64,000 nt of DNA from positions 53,421-117,420 of the forward strand of contig JAQGDQ010000659.1 of NCBI GenBank assembly GCA_030141605.1, in the 5' to 3' direction. Every line of letters begins with the position of its first letter. Within the stretch, counting starts at the first letter, position 1. Position numbers and translations under genes: made by a program. The notes beneath the pieces were generated by a model. That model saw only the letters and a program-made list of their open reading frames with translations, was not told the origin of the DNA and did no database searches. This document shows positions 1 through 11,364 of the stretch, piece by piece. The stretch comes from Tubiluchus corallicola (taxonomy: Eukaryota; Animalia; Priapulida).

Positions 1-609
1 AATGATACCTTTAACTCTTTAGTTCCAGATTTGGAGACACTAGATAATGATACCTTTAACTCTTTAGCTCCGGATTTGGAGACACATATAATAATGATAC
101 CTTTAACTCTTTAGCTCAGGATTTGGAGACACTACATAATAATGATACCTTTAACTCTTTAGCTCCGGATTTGGAGACACATATAATAATGATACCTTTA
201 ACTCTTTAGCTCAGGATTTGGAGACACTACGTAATAATGATACCTTTAACTCTTTAGCTCCGGATTTGGAGACACTAGATAATAATGATACCTTTAACTC
301 TTTAGCTCAGGATTTGGAGACACTACATAATAATGATACCTTTAACTCTTTAGCTCCGGATTTGGAGACACATATAATAATGATACCTTTAACTCTTTAG
401 CTCAGGATTTGGAGACACTACGTAATAATGATACCTTTAACTCTTTAGCTCCGGATTTGGAGACACTACATAATAATGATACCTTTAACTCTTTAGCTCC
501 GGATTTGGAGACACTACATAATAATGATACCTTTAACTCTTTAGCTCCGGATTTGGAGACACTACATAATAATGATACCTTTAACTCTTTAGCTCCGGAT
601 TTGGAGACG
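1..609. repeat. 48-bp minisatellite containing exon 3' end and donor site
   Basis: Unit aatgatacctttaactctttagctccggatttggagacactacataat, about 13 copies, truncated by the window edge. Confidence 0.97.
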
Positions 610-721
610 GCTTGTGAGATCTCCTGCAGCTGATTAATTCGCTCAGCAAAGTCAGCAATCCACTGTATGACCGTCACTCCAGTAGGAACGCGATACACTT
701 TCCAGCTGCTCGGGATAATTC
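579..721 (-). CDS. DYNC1H1: Dynein HC exon (C-terminal region)
   Basis: IIPSSWKVYRVPTGVTVIQWIADFAERINQLQEISQAVSKSGAKELK; |GTATCA donor (first of many identical copies); 143 nt. Confidence 0.93.
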
Positions 722-1494
722 CTGTAAACAATTAAACACGATTTTTCATTATGATATTGATAGATCTAGGCTGTACAAGTAAAGGATGAAAGCACCTGGA
801 AAAATAAAAGACATTATATTGAACATTATCGATAATAACAAGTGAAAACGGGGGGTGCTGCAGTTCCACAACACTATACACGAGCCGCCACTGTTGGGGT
901 GCCTTAGGTATAGCCTTGTATATAAGTCATATCGTCATTAGCATGGTCACAGAAATGTGGGTAAGCAAAATGTGCCCTCATCCCTGCAGGAAAGATACGG
1001 TCCTTCGTGGTACAAAAGCTGGGTTGTGCGAGATGAAACTGTGCTGGAATGAATAGGAAAATAAAACAGCGGAGCTCTGACATGAGCCTGATTTTAATAA
1101 ATTTATTTGTAAGAATTTAATTATGAATAATGTTTTACACTAAACCAGCTAGTGAACGTGACCTATAGCTCACACATATCCATGTATGTTTGACTTACAC
1201 ACATTCAGTTTCAATAGCTAAGCAGATTTTTAAACAGTATTTGTTTATTCATACTTTGCATACATGAAAACATTTATAATGTAATAAATCATATAAATTG
1301 TAAACAGAAATGGCGAGACTGTTTGTAAATAAAAATGTTTCACTGTGTCAGATGACTATGTTTAAATGTTATAACCCCAAGAATCAAACAAAAACTTTGA
1401 AGGCTTATTTACAGCAGCATAAATAACCCACAATTCTGCATTATTTAATAGAGATCCGTAATAACACCACAATTCCGGAACTAAAAACAGCCGT

Positions 1495-1533
1495 TATAAA
1501 ATGCAGCCACCAACAGCAACAAGTATTTGCAGT
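1495..1533 (+). promoter_or_regulatory. Putative TATA box and CAGT initiator for the nested ORF
   Basis: TATAAA at 1495-1500, CAGT at 1530-1533, ATG at 1589. Confidence 0.35.
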
Positions 1534-1588
1534 AAGCGCGGAGAATCCATCAGCATTTCATCTGGACAACAATCTTCGGGTTCTAAGA

Positions 1589-2752
1589 ATGTCTGTTAAC
1601 ACTCACTTGATATTAGTGTTAGTTATTGAGTTGTGGACGGTGAGACTGACCACTGAGTGGGGCACACTTACCCCCATGCCGACTTACAGGACAACGCATG
1701 GAACCACGAAGGCATCTACAACACGCACAACCACTATAGTGAGTTTAATCAGTGAGCCGTCTACAACGGATAAACCCGAAGAGTTGTCTACAGAGAGTTT
1801 AACCAGTGAGCCGTCTACAACGGATAAAACCGAAGAGTTGTCTACAGTGAGTTTAACCAGTGAGCCGTCTACAACGGATACAACCGAAGAGTTGTCTACA
1901 GTGAGTTTGACCAGTGAGCCGTCTACAACGGATGCAACCAATAAGTTGTCTACAGTGAGTTTAACCAGTGAGCTGTCTACAACGGATACAACCGAAGAGT
2001 TGTCTAGAGTGAGTTTAACCAGTGAGCTGTCTACAATGGATACAACCGAAGAGTCGTCTACAGTGAGTTTAACCAGTGAGCTGTCTACAACGGATACAAC
2101 CAAAGAGCCATCTACAGTGAGTTTAACCAGTGAGCCGTCTACAACGGATACAACCAAAGAGCCATCTACAGTGAGTTTAACCAGTGAGCCGTCTACAACG
2201 GATACAACCAAAGAGCCATCTACAGTGAGTTTAACCAGTGAGCCGTCTACAACGGATACAACCAAAGAGTTGTCTACAGTGAGTATAACCAGTGAGCCGT
2301 CTACAACGGATACAACCAGAGGGCTATCTACTGTGAGTTTGACCAGTGAGCCATCTACAGTGGATACATCCAAAGGGTCATCTACAGTGAGTTTAAACAG
2401 TGAGCCGTCTATAACGGATACAACCAAAGGGCTATCTACAGTGAGTTTGACCAGTGAGCCATCTACAATGAATGAAACCATTGAGCCACCTACAGTGGAT
2501 ACATCCAAAGGGTCGTCTACAGCGAGTTTGACCAGCGAGCCGTCTACAATGAATGAAACCAGTGAGCTGCTTACAACAAGTTCAATCAATAACGCAGATG
2601 GATCACAGACGGAAAAAAGCAAACTGTTCATATTCCTCATATGCACTCTAAGCATAGCTCTAGCGGGTTTCGCTTTTTTCGCGATCTGGAAGTACTGTCG
2701 TTCGGTAAGTCGATACAAGGTGGCCCAAAAGAGCAGTAACTCGCCAGTATGA
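1589..2752 (+). CDS. Intronless mucin-like type I membrane glycoprotein, nested antisense in a dynein intron
   Basis: 387-aa ORF: hydrophobic N-terminus (LILVLVI), about 16 Ser/Thr-rich 17-aa (51-bp) repeats STVSLTSEPSTTDTTKE, NET sequons, TM LFIFLICTLSIALAGFAFFAIW, basic tail KYCRSVSRYK, C-terminus NSPV. Confidence 0.7.
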   Translation: MSVNTHLILVLVIELWTVRLTTEWGTLTPMPTYRTTHGTTKASTTRTTTIVSLISEPSTTDKPEELSTESLTSEPSTTDKTEELSTVSLTSEPSTTDTTEELSTVSLTSEPSTTDATNKLSTVSLTSELSTTDTTEELSRVSLTSELSTMDTTEESSTVSLTSELSTTDTTKEPSTVSLTSEPSTTDTTKEPSTVSLTSEPSTTDTTKEPSTVSLTSEPSTTDTTKELSTVSITSEPSTTDTTRGLSTVSLTSEPSTVDTSKGSSTVSLNSEPSITDTTKGLSTVSLTSEPSTMNETIEPPTVDTSKGSSTASLTSEPSTMNETSELLTTSSINNADGSQTEKSKLFIFLICTLSIALAGFAFFAIWKYCRSVSRYKVAQKSSNSPV

Positions 2753-4314
2753 TCCTGTCACCCAAAGAATCTGATTCAAATGCTGTTAATATTGTAGTCT
2801 GAAGTTGGCAATGATTTCGCAAAATGAGTAGAAAAATTTGCAATGTTGTAGTGAAGCTTTAGGCCCGTGTCATGCAGAGCTGGACATAATATGTAAGGGG
2901 CTAAGCCGCGAGGAGAAAAAGCAGCCTCACGAACAATGAACGTATGCTGACCAACAGCCCCTGTCACGCAGATAATCCATTTGCCACCTTCCTCTAACCG
3001 CGGTTTCCCTACTGTAAGCCGTCAGCCATAATCCACGGTAGGCTCCTCATAAGTCATTTTGAGCGGTTTCATAACGCGCCTTATTGCGAAACGAATTCGA
3101 CTACAAGGCACTTTGGGTCATCGCAAACACCGTAATTAGCATGTTTGTCGTTTTTGCAGAATAGCAGAATGGTCACATAAACGTCAAAAATCAATTTTTA
3201 ACACGACATTTCACAAGCACTGCAATTAGATATGTGCAGTCCTGAAACGGATTATTGCATAACACTTTACTATTTGCACAGAGTAAGGAGCAGGTAGCAT
3301 ATTATGCTATGCACCTTACGGAAGACGGAAGACACCTTATAGCTTATGGCTTGCGGGTTATGCTCCTTATGCCTATCATTGTGTGACACGGGCATTTGTA
3401 GTGTTTTAAGTCCATCAGAGTGTCTTTGAAATAGATTTTAGTAGACTTGGTAAATGGTTTAGATTGATAATGTTAATTGAAAGTTGCGTATATAACACGT
3501 TGTAAGCTTAATGTAGTTAATGTCCAATTTTGCTGTAAGAAACCGCTTTTGTATATGACTGCTGATGTAATTTAATGATAACCATTTTGCAACCAATTAA
3601 TGAATGTTTTATATCTATATATATGTATATATATGTTTACTGACTGATTAAGAGATAGTCGAACATGATATTTTGGTTCAGTCCATAGTTCACTAGAAAA
3701 AAAGGACTTTTGATCACATAACGTGCTCATTACTGTCCAAAAATAGCCAAAAAATTGTTTACAAATTCACGATAAACACTTACGATCACATAACATGATC
3801 ATTACAGTCCAAAAATCACTAAAGAGTTATTTACAAATTCACAATATGACATTGGGTTTCCATTGAAAAATTCATGCAGATCGTTGAAGCTCAGTTCAGT
3901 GTTATCTTCACGAAGGTGATTCGTAAGTGGACAAAAACAGATAACATGCTCTTCTGTTTGAATGTTTAAACCGGGACAGGAGCATAGCCTGTCCTCTCTT
4001 TTTATCCTTGCCCATCTTCCAGTCTCAATAGCTAGGTTATGTGAGGAGAGGCGTAACGGAGATGTTTACAAAGGTTACATATTAGCAAACTGTTCATATA
4101 GCTAGACGTTGTTCTTCAAAGCAAGACCGTTTGTGAATCACAGCTTTCCCATAATATTTGTTAGTTCGTGCATAGAACGATCTAACTACTCCAGCACTGA
4201 TCCGTGGAGACTGAAGCACTTGGTCCATTGCAGCGAGTAGGGAGTCCTGACATAAAGAGGTGAACAGAATCATATCCCAGGATGCATGACGATGATGGTG
4301 GTGATGATGAAGCC

Positions 4315-4880
4315 ATATGTGTGCTTGCAAACCAAAATCATCCATAAGTCGGCATAGTTAAAATTACGTTATGATGCTTCAAAGCAGAATGCAGCAAAAA
4401 TTTGATCAAATGTGAGTTTTTTCTTTTTTATAAAAACAAATGCTAAATATATTGGACTTTTATATTCTAACATCAAACTGCCAGGGAAGTGTTAAAAATA
4501 CTAAAACTTTAATTTTATAACCCCTTAGTGTAACTTGTGGAAGCAGTGGCTTTGCTTCAGATTTTCTCTCCTGGGTTACCAAGGCCAGATCTTCGTCACG
4601 AAGAGCCATCTACTGGATTTAAACACAACTTCAATGTGTTCTTGCAAAGTCCATAGCAACCAACATTTGTGCGGTTACCAAGTCTTGTGAAAATGGGACA
4701 AAAAACAATGGCTAACTTTAACAGTGATTTTCTCAAGATTATGTTTTTCAGTGCATAACCTATATCTCAACTTCAACGTGGATTATTTCAGCTTAGAAAT
4801 AACGTAGAGCGATGAGCTTGGTATCAAAACGATCCTCATGAAATGGAGATTCGGGACGTGTGAATAACTAGGAAAGATTG
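4315..4880. mobile_element. MITE family G (other copies about 19858-20507, 32119-32793 and 58085-58653)
   Basis: Long imperfect TIR ATATGTGTGCTTGCAAACCAAAATCGTCCATAAGTCGG; about 600-bp shared body; superfamily not assigned. Confidence 0.82.
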
Positions 4881-5098
4881 ATTGCTGATTTGAGACGATG
4901 TCTAGATTTGAGCAGCAAGTCTTGCTCACTGCTGATTTTTGTAGCAGCCCAAAGCCAGGCTCATTATCAAGGACACATCTCCAAGACGAGGCATTGAACA
5001 CAGCAGCTCGTGTGTAAACAGCCAGAATCAGTATAGCAAAAGAAACTGACCACAGAGTAGCACATGTCACGGGTACGGGTGCCGCTATTGGACTAGGC

Positions 5099-5523
5099 CA
5101 GGGGCGTGCAAATTATCTGACTAGCCGGGCCATATGAAACATTCTTGCAATTCCTGTGGGCCACATGCAGTTTGGTCAAGGAGCCAAGTACAGTAGGACC
5201 TAATAACAATTTTTTTTGCATTCGATTTGCGCACATCATCACTACTGCATTACTACATTCAAGAAACTATTTTAGAAGTTATTAAAATGTATATTAAAAA
5301 CCGTATATTTCGTCAGTGACATTAAGTGTTAACGGTCTTGTAAGGGCTAATACCATCCGATCTAGAGGAAAAAACTACCCGCACTATCTTTGCGACATTG
5401 GCACAGATTTCAGCTGGATCACGTGGGCCGCACTTTCATTACATTGACAAACCTCTTCGCGGGCCGCACAAGATCTCTTGGCGGGCCGCAAGTGGCCCGG
5501 GGGCCGCAATTTGCACACCTCTG
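5099..5523. mobile_element. hAT-type MITE (family A)
   Basis: TIRs CAGGGGCGTGCAAATT / AATTTGCACACCTCTG; perfect 8-bp TSD GACTAGGC. Confidence 0.92.
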
Positions 5524-5861
5524 GACTAGGCGCTGTAAGGATGAAATCTTGGGCCTGCTTTGAACTAGTAGCTTGTATGCCAGTGCACGAGGCATCTAAT
5601 CACAGGTCACAAGTTCAAGTCCCAGTCAGTGCACAATTTTTGAGCGTCTGCATTTCTTTTTTAACTCATTACTCGCAGTGGTTTATGAGCCTATTATGGC
5701 AATCACTTCATAATGTGATTAAGGTTAACAAACTTAACCCAAACAATCATACAAACCTGCCTGATACTGTTTAGAAGAATCAATGACTCTATAACATAAG
5801 CATTGAAAATCAATGACTAATTAACTATAAATAGCAACATTTGAAAAACAACATGTCTTAC

Positions 5862-6215
5862 CTTTAGCAAGCTCAGCAACTAGACCTCTTAGGTAATTCG
5901 TCTGCTTCTTCTGTCCCACGCACACCTCCAGGACATCCGTCAAGTCGCGGCGCACCTGCTCTAGAAGCTTAGCGCCCAGGTTCACCTCCCTCTCAAAGTA
6001 CCGATACAGAGGATCCTTGATGTTGTCCATGGTCCGCTTCAGAATCGGCAGCTTCTTCGGAACGATCTTCATCCAAGTGACGGCCGTCTCGTGCAGAGTC
6101 CGCATCCACGCCGGACGTCCGTCGGCTTCCCGTTTCTCTTTCTGTCCCTCCGGGGACAGCTCCTCGTCGTCTTGGAGCAGCTCCATCTTCAGCAGCTTAG
6201 CAATCAAGTCTCCTC
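5862..6215 (-). CDS. DYNC1H1: Dynein HC exon (C-terminal region)
   Basis: [18 protein letters not shown]...[11 protein letters not shown]...[13 protein letters not shown]...[16 protein letters not shown]; 354 nt. Confidence 0.96.
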
Positions 6216-6350
6216 CTAAAATAGGAAATTAACCAAGTCAATTAGCAAGTCGGTGAGTTGGCTTTTTCAAAAAATAGTAAGACACATTCGCGTTTGTTGC
6301 AACAAAATTATTCTAGGGTTGTTTTTCTTATAATTTCTGCAAATTAGACT

Positions 6351-8160
6351 TCTAAAAATAGTCAACGTCTAACTGATATCTAAAAATAGTCAACATCTAA
6401 CTTATATCTAAAAATAGTCAACATCTAACTGATATCTAAAAATAGTCAACATCTAACTGATATCTAAAAATAGTCAACATCTAACTGATATCTAAAAATA
6501 GTCAACATCTAACTTATATCTAAAAATAGTCAACATCTAACTTATATCTAAAAATAGTCAACATCTAACTTATACCTAAAAATAGTCAACATCTAACTTA
6601 CCGTATTTTCCCGTGTATAAGAGACCCTTGTGTATAAGAGACCCCTTCAATTTTTAGGCAAAAATTCTGTAAAAAAGTTTTTTCAGACGGACATTTTTAG
6701 AGGGTAAAGTACAACTTTTTTCAACTCAGTGCGGTACTGAAAACAAAATAAAACCAGTTAATGTGTTGTAGAAAAAGAGTACTGGTATATATTAAAGTGC
6801 GTACCTGCAAACCTGTAACAGGAAAAGAGAAAACGAGGAGATAATGCCTGTGTCACGATGCTTGTATTGCTTACAACCGCTTCATAGTCGAACGCGACAC
6901 GCAAAACAGTTGTAGAGCACTTATTTCTTTAAAATCATTAGTGTCACAATTTATGCATCTTATTGAAAAGACTTACTCCCATGTATAAGAGACCCCCTAT
7001 TTTTAAAGTGAAAATTCTGAGTAAAAAAGGGTCTCTTATACACGGGAAAATACGGTATATCTAAAAATAGTCAACATCTAATTTATATCTAAAAATAGTC
7101 AACATCTAACTTATATCTAAAAATAGTCAACATCTAACTTATACCTAAAAATAGTCAACATCTAACTGATATCTAAAAATAGTCAACGTCTAACTGATAT
7201 CTAAAAATAGTCAACATCTAACTTATATCTAAAAATAGTCAACATCTAACTTATACCTAAAAATAGTCAACATCTAACTTATATCTAAAAATAGTCAACA
7301 TCTAACTTATATCTAAAAATAGTCAACATCTAACTTATATCTAAAAATAGTCAACATCTAACTTATATCTAAAAATAGTCAACACCTAACTTATATCTAA
7401 AAATAGTCAACATCTAACTGATATCTAAAAATAGTCAACATCTAACTTATATCTAAAAATAGTCAACATCTAACTGATATCTAAAAATAGTCAACATCTA
7501 ACTGATATCTAAAAATAGTCAACATCTAACTGATATCTAAAAATAGTCAACATCTAACTGATATCTAAAAATAGTCAACATCTAACTTATATCTAAAAAT
7601 AGTCAACATCTAACTGATATCTAAAAATAGTCAACATCTAACTGATATCTAAAAATAGTCAACATCTAACTGACATCTAAAAATAGTCAACATCTAACTT
7701 ATACCTAAAAATAGTCAACATCTAACTTATACCTAAAAATAGTCAACATCTCTAAAAATAGTCAACATCTAACTTATATCTAAAAATAGTCAACATCTAA
7801 CTTATATCTAAAAATAGTCAACATCTAACTTATATCTAAAAATAGTCAACATCTAACTGATATCTAAAAATAGTCAACATCTAACTGATATCTAAAAATA
7901 GTCAACATCTAACTGATATCTAAAAATAGTCAACATCTAACTGACATCTAAAAATAGTCAACATCCACTTATACCTAAAAATAGTCAACATCTAACTTAT
8001 ACCTAAAAATAGTCAACATCTCTAAAAATAGTCAACATCTAACTTATACCTAAAAATAGTCAACATCTAACTTATACCTAAAAATAGTCAACATCTAACT
8101 TATACCTAAAAATAGTCAACATCTAACTTATATCTAAAAATAGTCAACATCTAACTTATA
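6351..8160. repeat. 28-bp minisatellite (interrupted by the MITE)
   Basis: Unit ctaaaaatagtcaacatctaac(t/g)atat-type. Confidence 0.97.
6601..7055. mobile_element. Tc1/mariner (pogo/Tigger-like) MITE inserted in a minisatellite
   Basis: TIR CCGTATTTTCCCGTGTATAAGAGACCC and its reverse complement; TA TSD; subterminal repeats. Confidence 0.92.
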
Positions 8161-8163
8161 GAG

Positions 8164-8615
8164 CAGGGGTGTGCAAATTATCTGACTAGCCGGGCCACAT
8201 TAAACTTTCCCGCAATTCCTGCGGGCCACAGGCAGTTTGATCAAGGAGCCAAGTACAGAAAGGCCTAATAACGAATTTTTTGCATCCGACCTGCGTACAT
8301 CATTACTACTACACTCAAGAAACTATTTTAGAAGTTATTAAAATTTATATTACAAACTATATATTTCTACTTTCAGGACAGATAGTACAATGCATATTAG
8401 TAATGTGTATCACACAGTCTGTGTAGTACAGTAACATTAAGCTACAACCATCTTGTAAGGGTTAATGGCATCCGATCTAGTAGAAAAAACTACCCGCACT
8501 ATCTATGGAATCGTGGCACGGACTTCAGCTGGATACACTCAATTCATCGCCCGGGCCGCACAAATTCTCTTGGCGGGCTGTAAGTGGCCCGCGGGCCGCA
8601 ATTTGCACACCCCTG
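8164..8615. mobile_element. hAT-type MITE (family A)
   Basis: Same TIR and body as 5099-5523; TSD degraded. Confidence 0.88.
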
Positions 8616-8965
8616 GATTAGAACTACACATTTTAAGCAGATCACCTGTTTACTAACAGTAAAAGTTAAATGTAAGAAAATACGGCTAAATTAGAAAGTC
8701 AGAAAAAACCCTATTGTCTTAGACGGTTTGATTGCTGAGTTCTGTTTAGTATGAACAGATGTAGGGATGAGAATTTGTCATTATCATCCCTGCAGATGTG
8801 TAAACTGTCATCAGTTTGTTGCGTCTTTATTGGTAGTTCAAGTCAAAAACATGTCAACAACAGACTTACATCCTAATAATTGTACGTGTAACTTCGTCGT
8901 GACGTAAGAGCAGCGCGGAACTTTGTTTGAAACAACTCCATGTAAAAGAAGAAAAAAAATCGAAC

Positions 8966-9069
8966 CTCTAGTAGTAAGAAGAACTTTCTCGGCATTGTTC
9001 GGTAACCCCAACCAAGATGGAGTCTGTAGACTTGACATGCTTTCCGTCCATTGAACAAACTGTTCACGT
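8966..9069 (-). CDS. DYNC1H1: Dynein HC exon
   Basis: [34 protein letters not shown]; 104 nt. Confidence 0.95.
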
Positions 9070-9859
9070 CTATAAATAGAAACACGAATCAGGCAAATTC
9101 TGACCTGAGAGGCTTTAAAAATTAATTAGCTTTGAATTAACCAATGATTGATGATGATGGTAAAAAGGTCAAAGGTTAAGTGTACCATATTTGAGTATAC
9201 TTGACAACGCCTTGCTGCTCATGCTTTTTTAACTAGCCCTAGCTAGTTTTAACAGCTAGCTAGAACGTTTCCTAGTTCATTTTTTCTTGTTCCCAAGCAA
9301 GATACTGGTAATAAATCACTCTGCGCACTGACTAATGCATAATTAAGTAAAGTCCATGTAAAACAACAGAAGTCACTGAACTGATGTGGCAGGCAGCTTT
9401 GCTTTACGCACACGTGAAGGTTGTAGTTAAGATGCGTTGCTGTAGTACGCTTAACTTTTCTGAGCTACAGCAATCTTTTTTTGCAAGTTCTGCATGTTTG
9501 TTGGTCATAAGTTTTTCTGTAACTTGTACATTATACAATAAAGGACACCGCTGTCCTTTACCTTCAATATATTAGTTCCTCAAGTGCATGCACGACTGAG
9601 TGACTGTATGCGTGAGGCATGTGTGAGTATTACCGCCACTGGTAGGGAGTCAGTTGTGCACTGTAACCATGACGACACAGTCGAGTCATACATGCCACTC
9701 AGAATAGCATTCTCATGATGGCAGATTCTCATCATACAGGCAGTGAGGTTAAGATCAGGTTTTAAAGTAAAACTCCAGCCTCACTAACAATTTTTAGCAA
9801 AACTTTAAGAAACACGTGTTGAAATAATATTCCCATCGCATTTGTAAAATAATTAAATG

Positions 9860-10590
9860 CACTCGTATCTCGGTTTGCCAGACCTCGCTTTTACAGACAT
9901 CGGAAGAATCGGACAAAATCTGGACCGTTAAAAGTCCCGCATACGACGGACACCGTCCCCGTTATTTCGCGAGCTGGCTGCTAGATGTCGGGCCATCACT
10001 TTGTTTAAATCACATACATTCAGTGTATTCATGTGTACATCTGTATGTATGAAAATATCGTTGCATTGTGAGTCTAATATACAGGATGCCCACACTGTAT
10101 CTTGGTACTAAGTGGAGGAGCTACACAAGCAGCCAACGGCTGGAAGGCGGAGGAGGTCAAGTGACCCAATATGTAGAGGAGTAAACCTTCCAAATCAGGA
10201 GTAGAGCCCCGAAGGACCAGTGCAGCATGCTCACTGACTCCGGCAGCTCTTGCAGCCAACCTGGTGCCAAACGTATCGCTCCGCTTTCCTTTGGACTACA
10301 CCAGGGAGGAAGAGAGGGGGTTCCTGTTGTCTGGGCAACTCAGGATGTCCATACACCTTGCCCAGGCGTGCGCCCTGGAGACGTTCAAGGATCGCACTGC
10401 TCAGCCACAGTCGACGCTGCAGCTCCATCAATGTGATCGATAACTGACTCTCTTGGCGCACACTCCATTGTCTTCCGAGACAGAAGGATGCCAACAACAC
10501 ACGGCACTTACTGCAATAGCTTAGTATCATAAATGCGGACGGCAAATTCGGACCGGCGTCGCTTTTGTCCGACAAACCGACATACGAGTG
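9860..10590. mobile_element. MITE with CACTCG termini (family B), interrupted by a retroposon
   Basis: TIR CACTCGTATCTCGGTTTGCCAGAC; uninterrupted inverted copy at 23790-24190. Confidence 0.75.
10084..10498 (+). mobile_element. Non-autonomous RTE-derived retroposon (no pol III head)
   Basis: Similar throughout to 11412-11834. The 3' end CCATTGTCTTCCGAGACAGAAGGATGCCAACAAC resembles RTE-clade LINE 3' tails (from recall). Confidence 0.65.
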
Positions 10591-11148
10591 CAATTAGGTA
10601 AGTAGCTGGGTTGATTTTGTTTATGGCAATTGCCTTATGCACGCAATTCAGCCCTCTGGTGGTCAATGATGACATCATGGCAGGATGAGGGTGACTGTTG
10701 GAAAAGCATTATGGGATATCTGTGCCCGTGTTTACTTTGGTGACGATCACAGTAAACACAGGCACAGAAGTCGGAGAAGCATTATGGGATATCTGTGCCC
10801 GTGTTTACTGTGGTGACGATCACAGTAAACACAGGCACATACATCCCATAATGCTCTTCGGACAATTACCCACGATGTCACTCACCACACGCAGTCGAAG
10901 CTTGCCCAGTGCAGATACAATACCACAAATGTTCAATCGCTGAGATTTAACGCATTTTCTTAATTAATTCGCGTAACTGCGGCACATAAAAATGCTGGGA
11001 TTCTATTAAATTATTTCCTTTTTGTTGCTGATTTTCATATTTATAAAAAACGAGTGGACATTTACTTTAATTAAAATTTGACAATTCATATTGCATCACA
11101 CACAAATCATCTGATTCATTTGATTATCAACTCAGTAAAAACCGATAC

Positions 11149-11270
11149 CTGATTCCTTCCGGCATTAGAATATTTTTCACCTCCTCTCCTTCGGAAGCCG
11201 CCATCAGGGAGAAGTCGGCGTCAAAACTCTTCGACGTAAACCACTTCTTCAAGAACGAGTTTAGCAGTCG
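11149..11270 (-). CDS. DYNC1H1: Dynein HC exon
   Basis: RLLNSFLKKWFTSKSFDADFSLMAASEGEEVKNILMPEGI; 122 nt. Confidence 0.94.
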
Positions 11271-11364
11271 CTGAAAAACAAAGAAAAAATTCAGTGGTGT
11301 TGGTGTCGGCGGCGGTGGCAACAGTAGTAGTATTTTGCTGACAATAATAACATTGACAATAATA

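Noticed and set aside
1684-2718. 344-aa minus-strand ORF
   Set aside because: Antisense shadow of the 51-bp coding repeat; it lies in the dynein intron and has no recognisable architecture.
2861-3394. Possible PIF/Harbinger-like MITE downstream of the nested ORF (AGGCCCGTGTCATGCA ... TGTGTGACACGGGCAT)
   Set aside because: Imperfect TIR, no convincing TSD and a single copy in the window; too weak to annotate, and it does not enclose the ORF.
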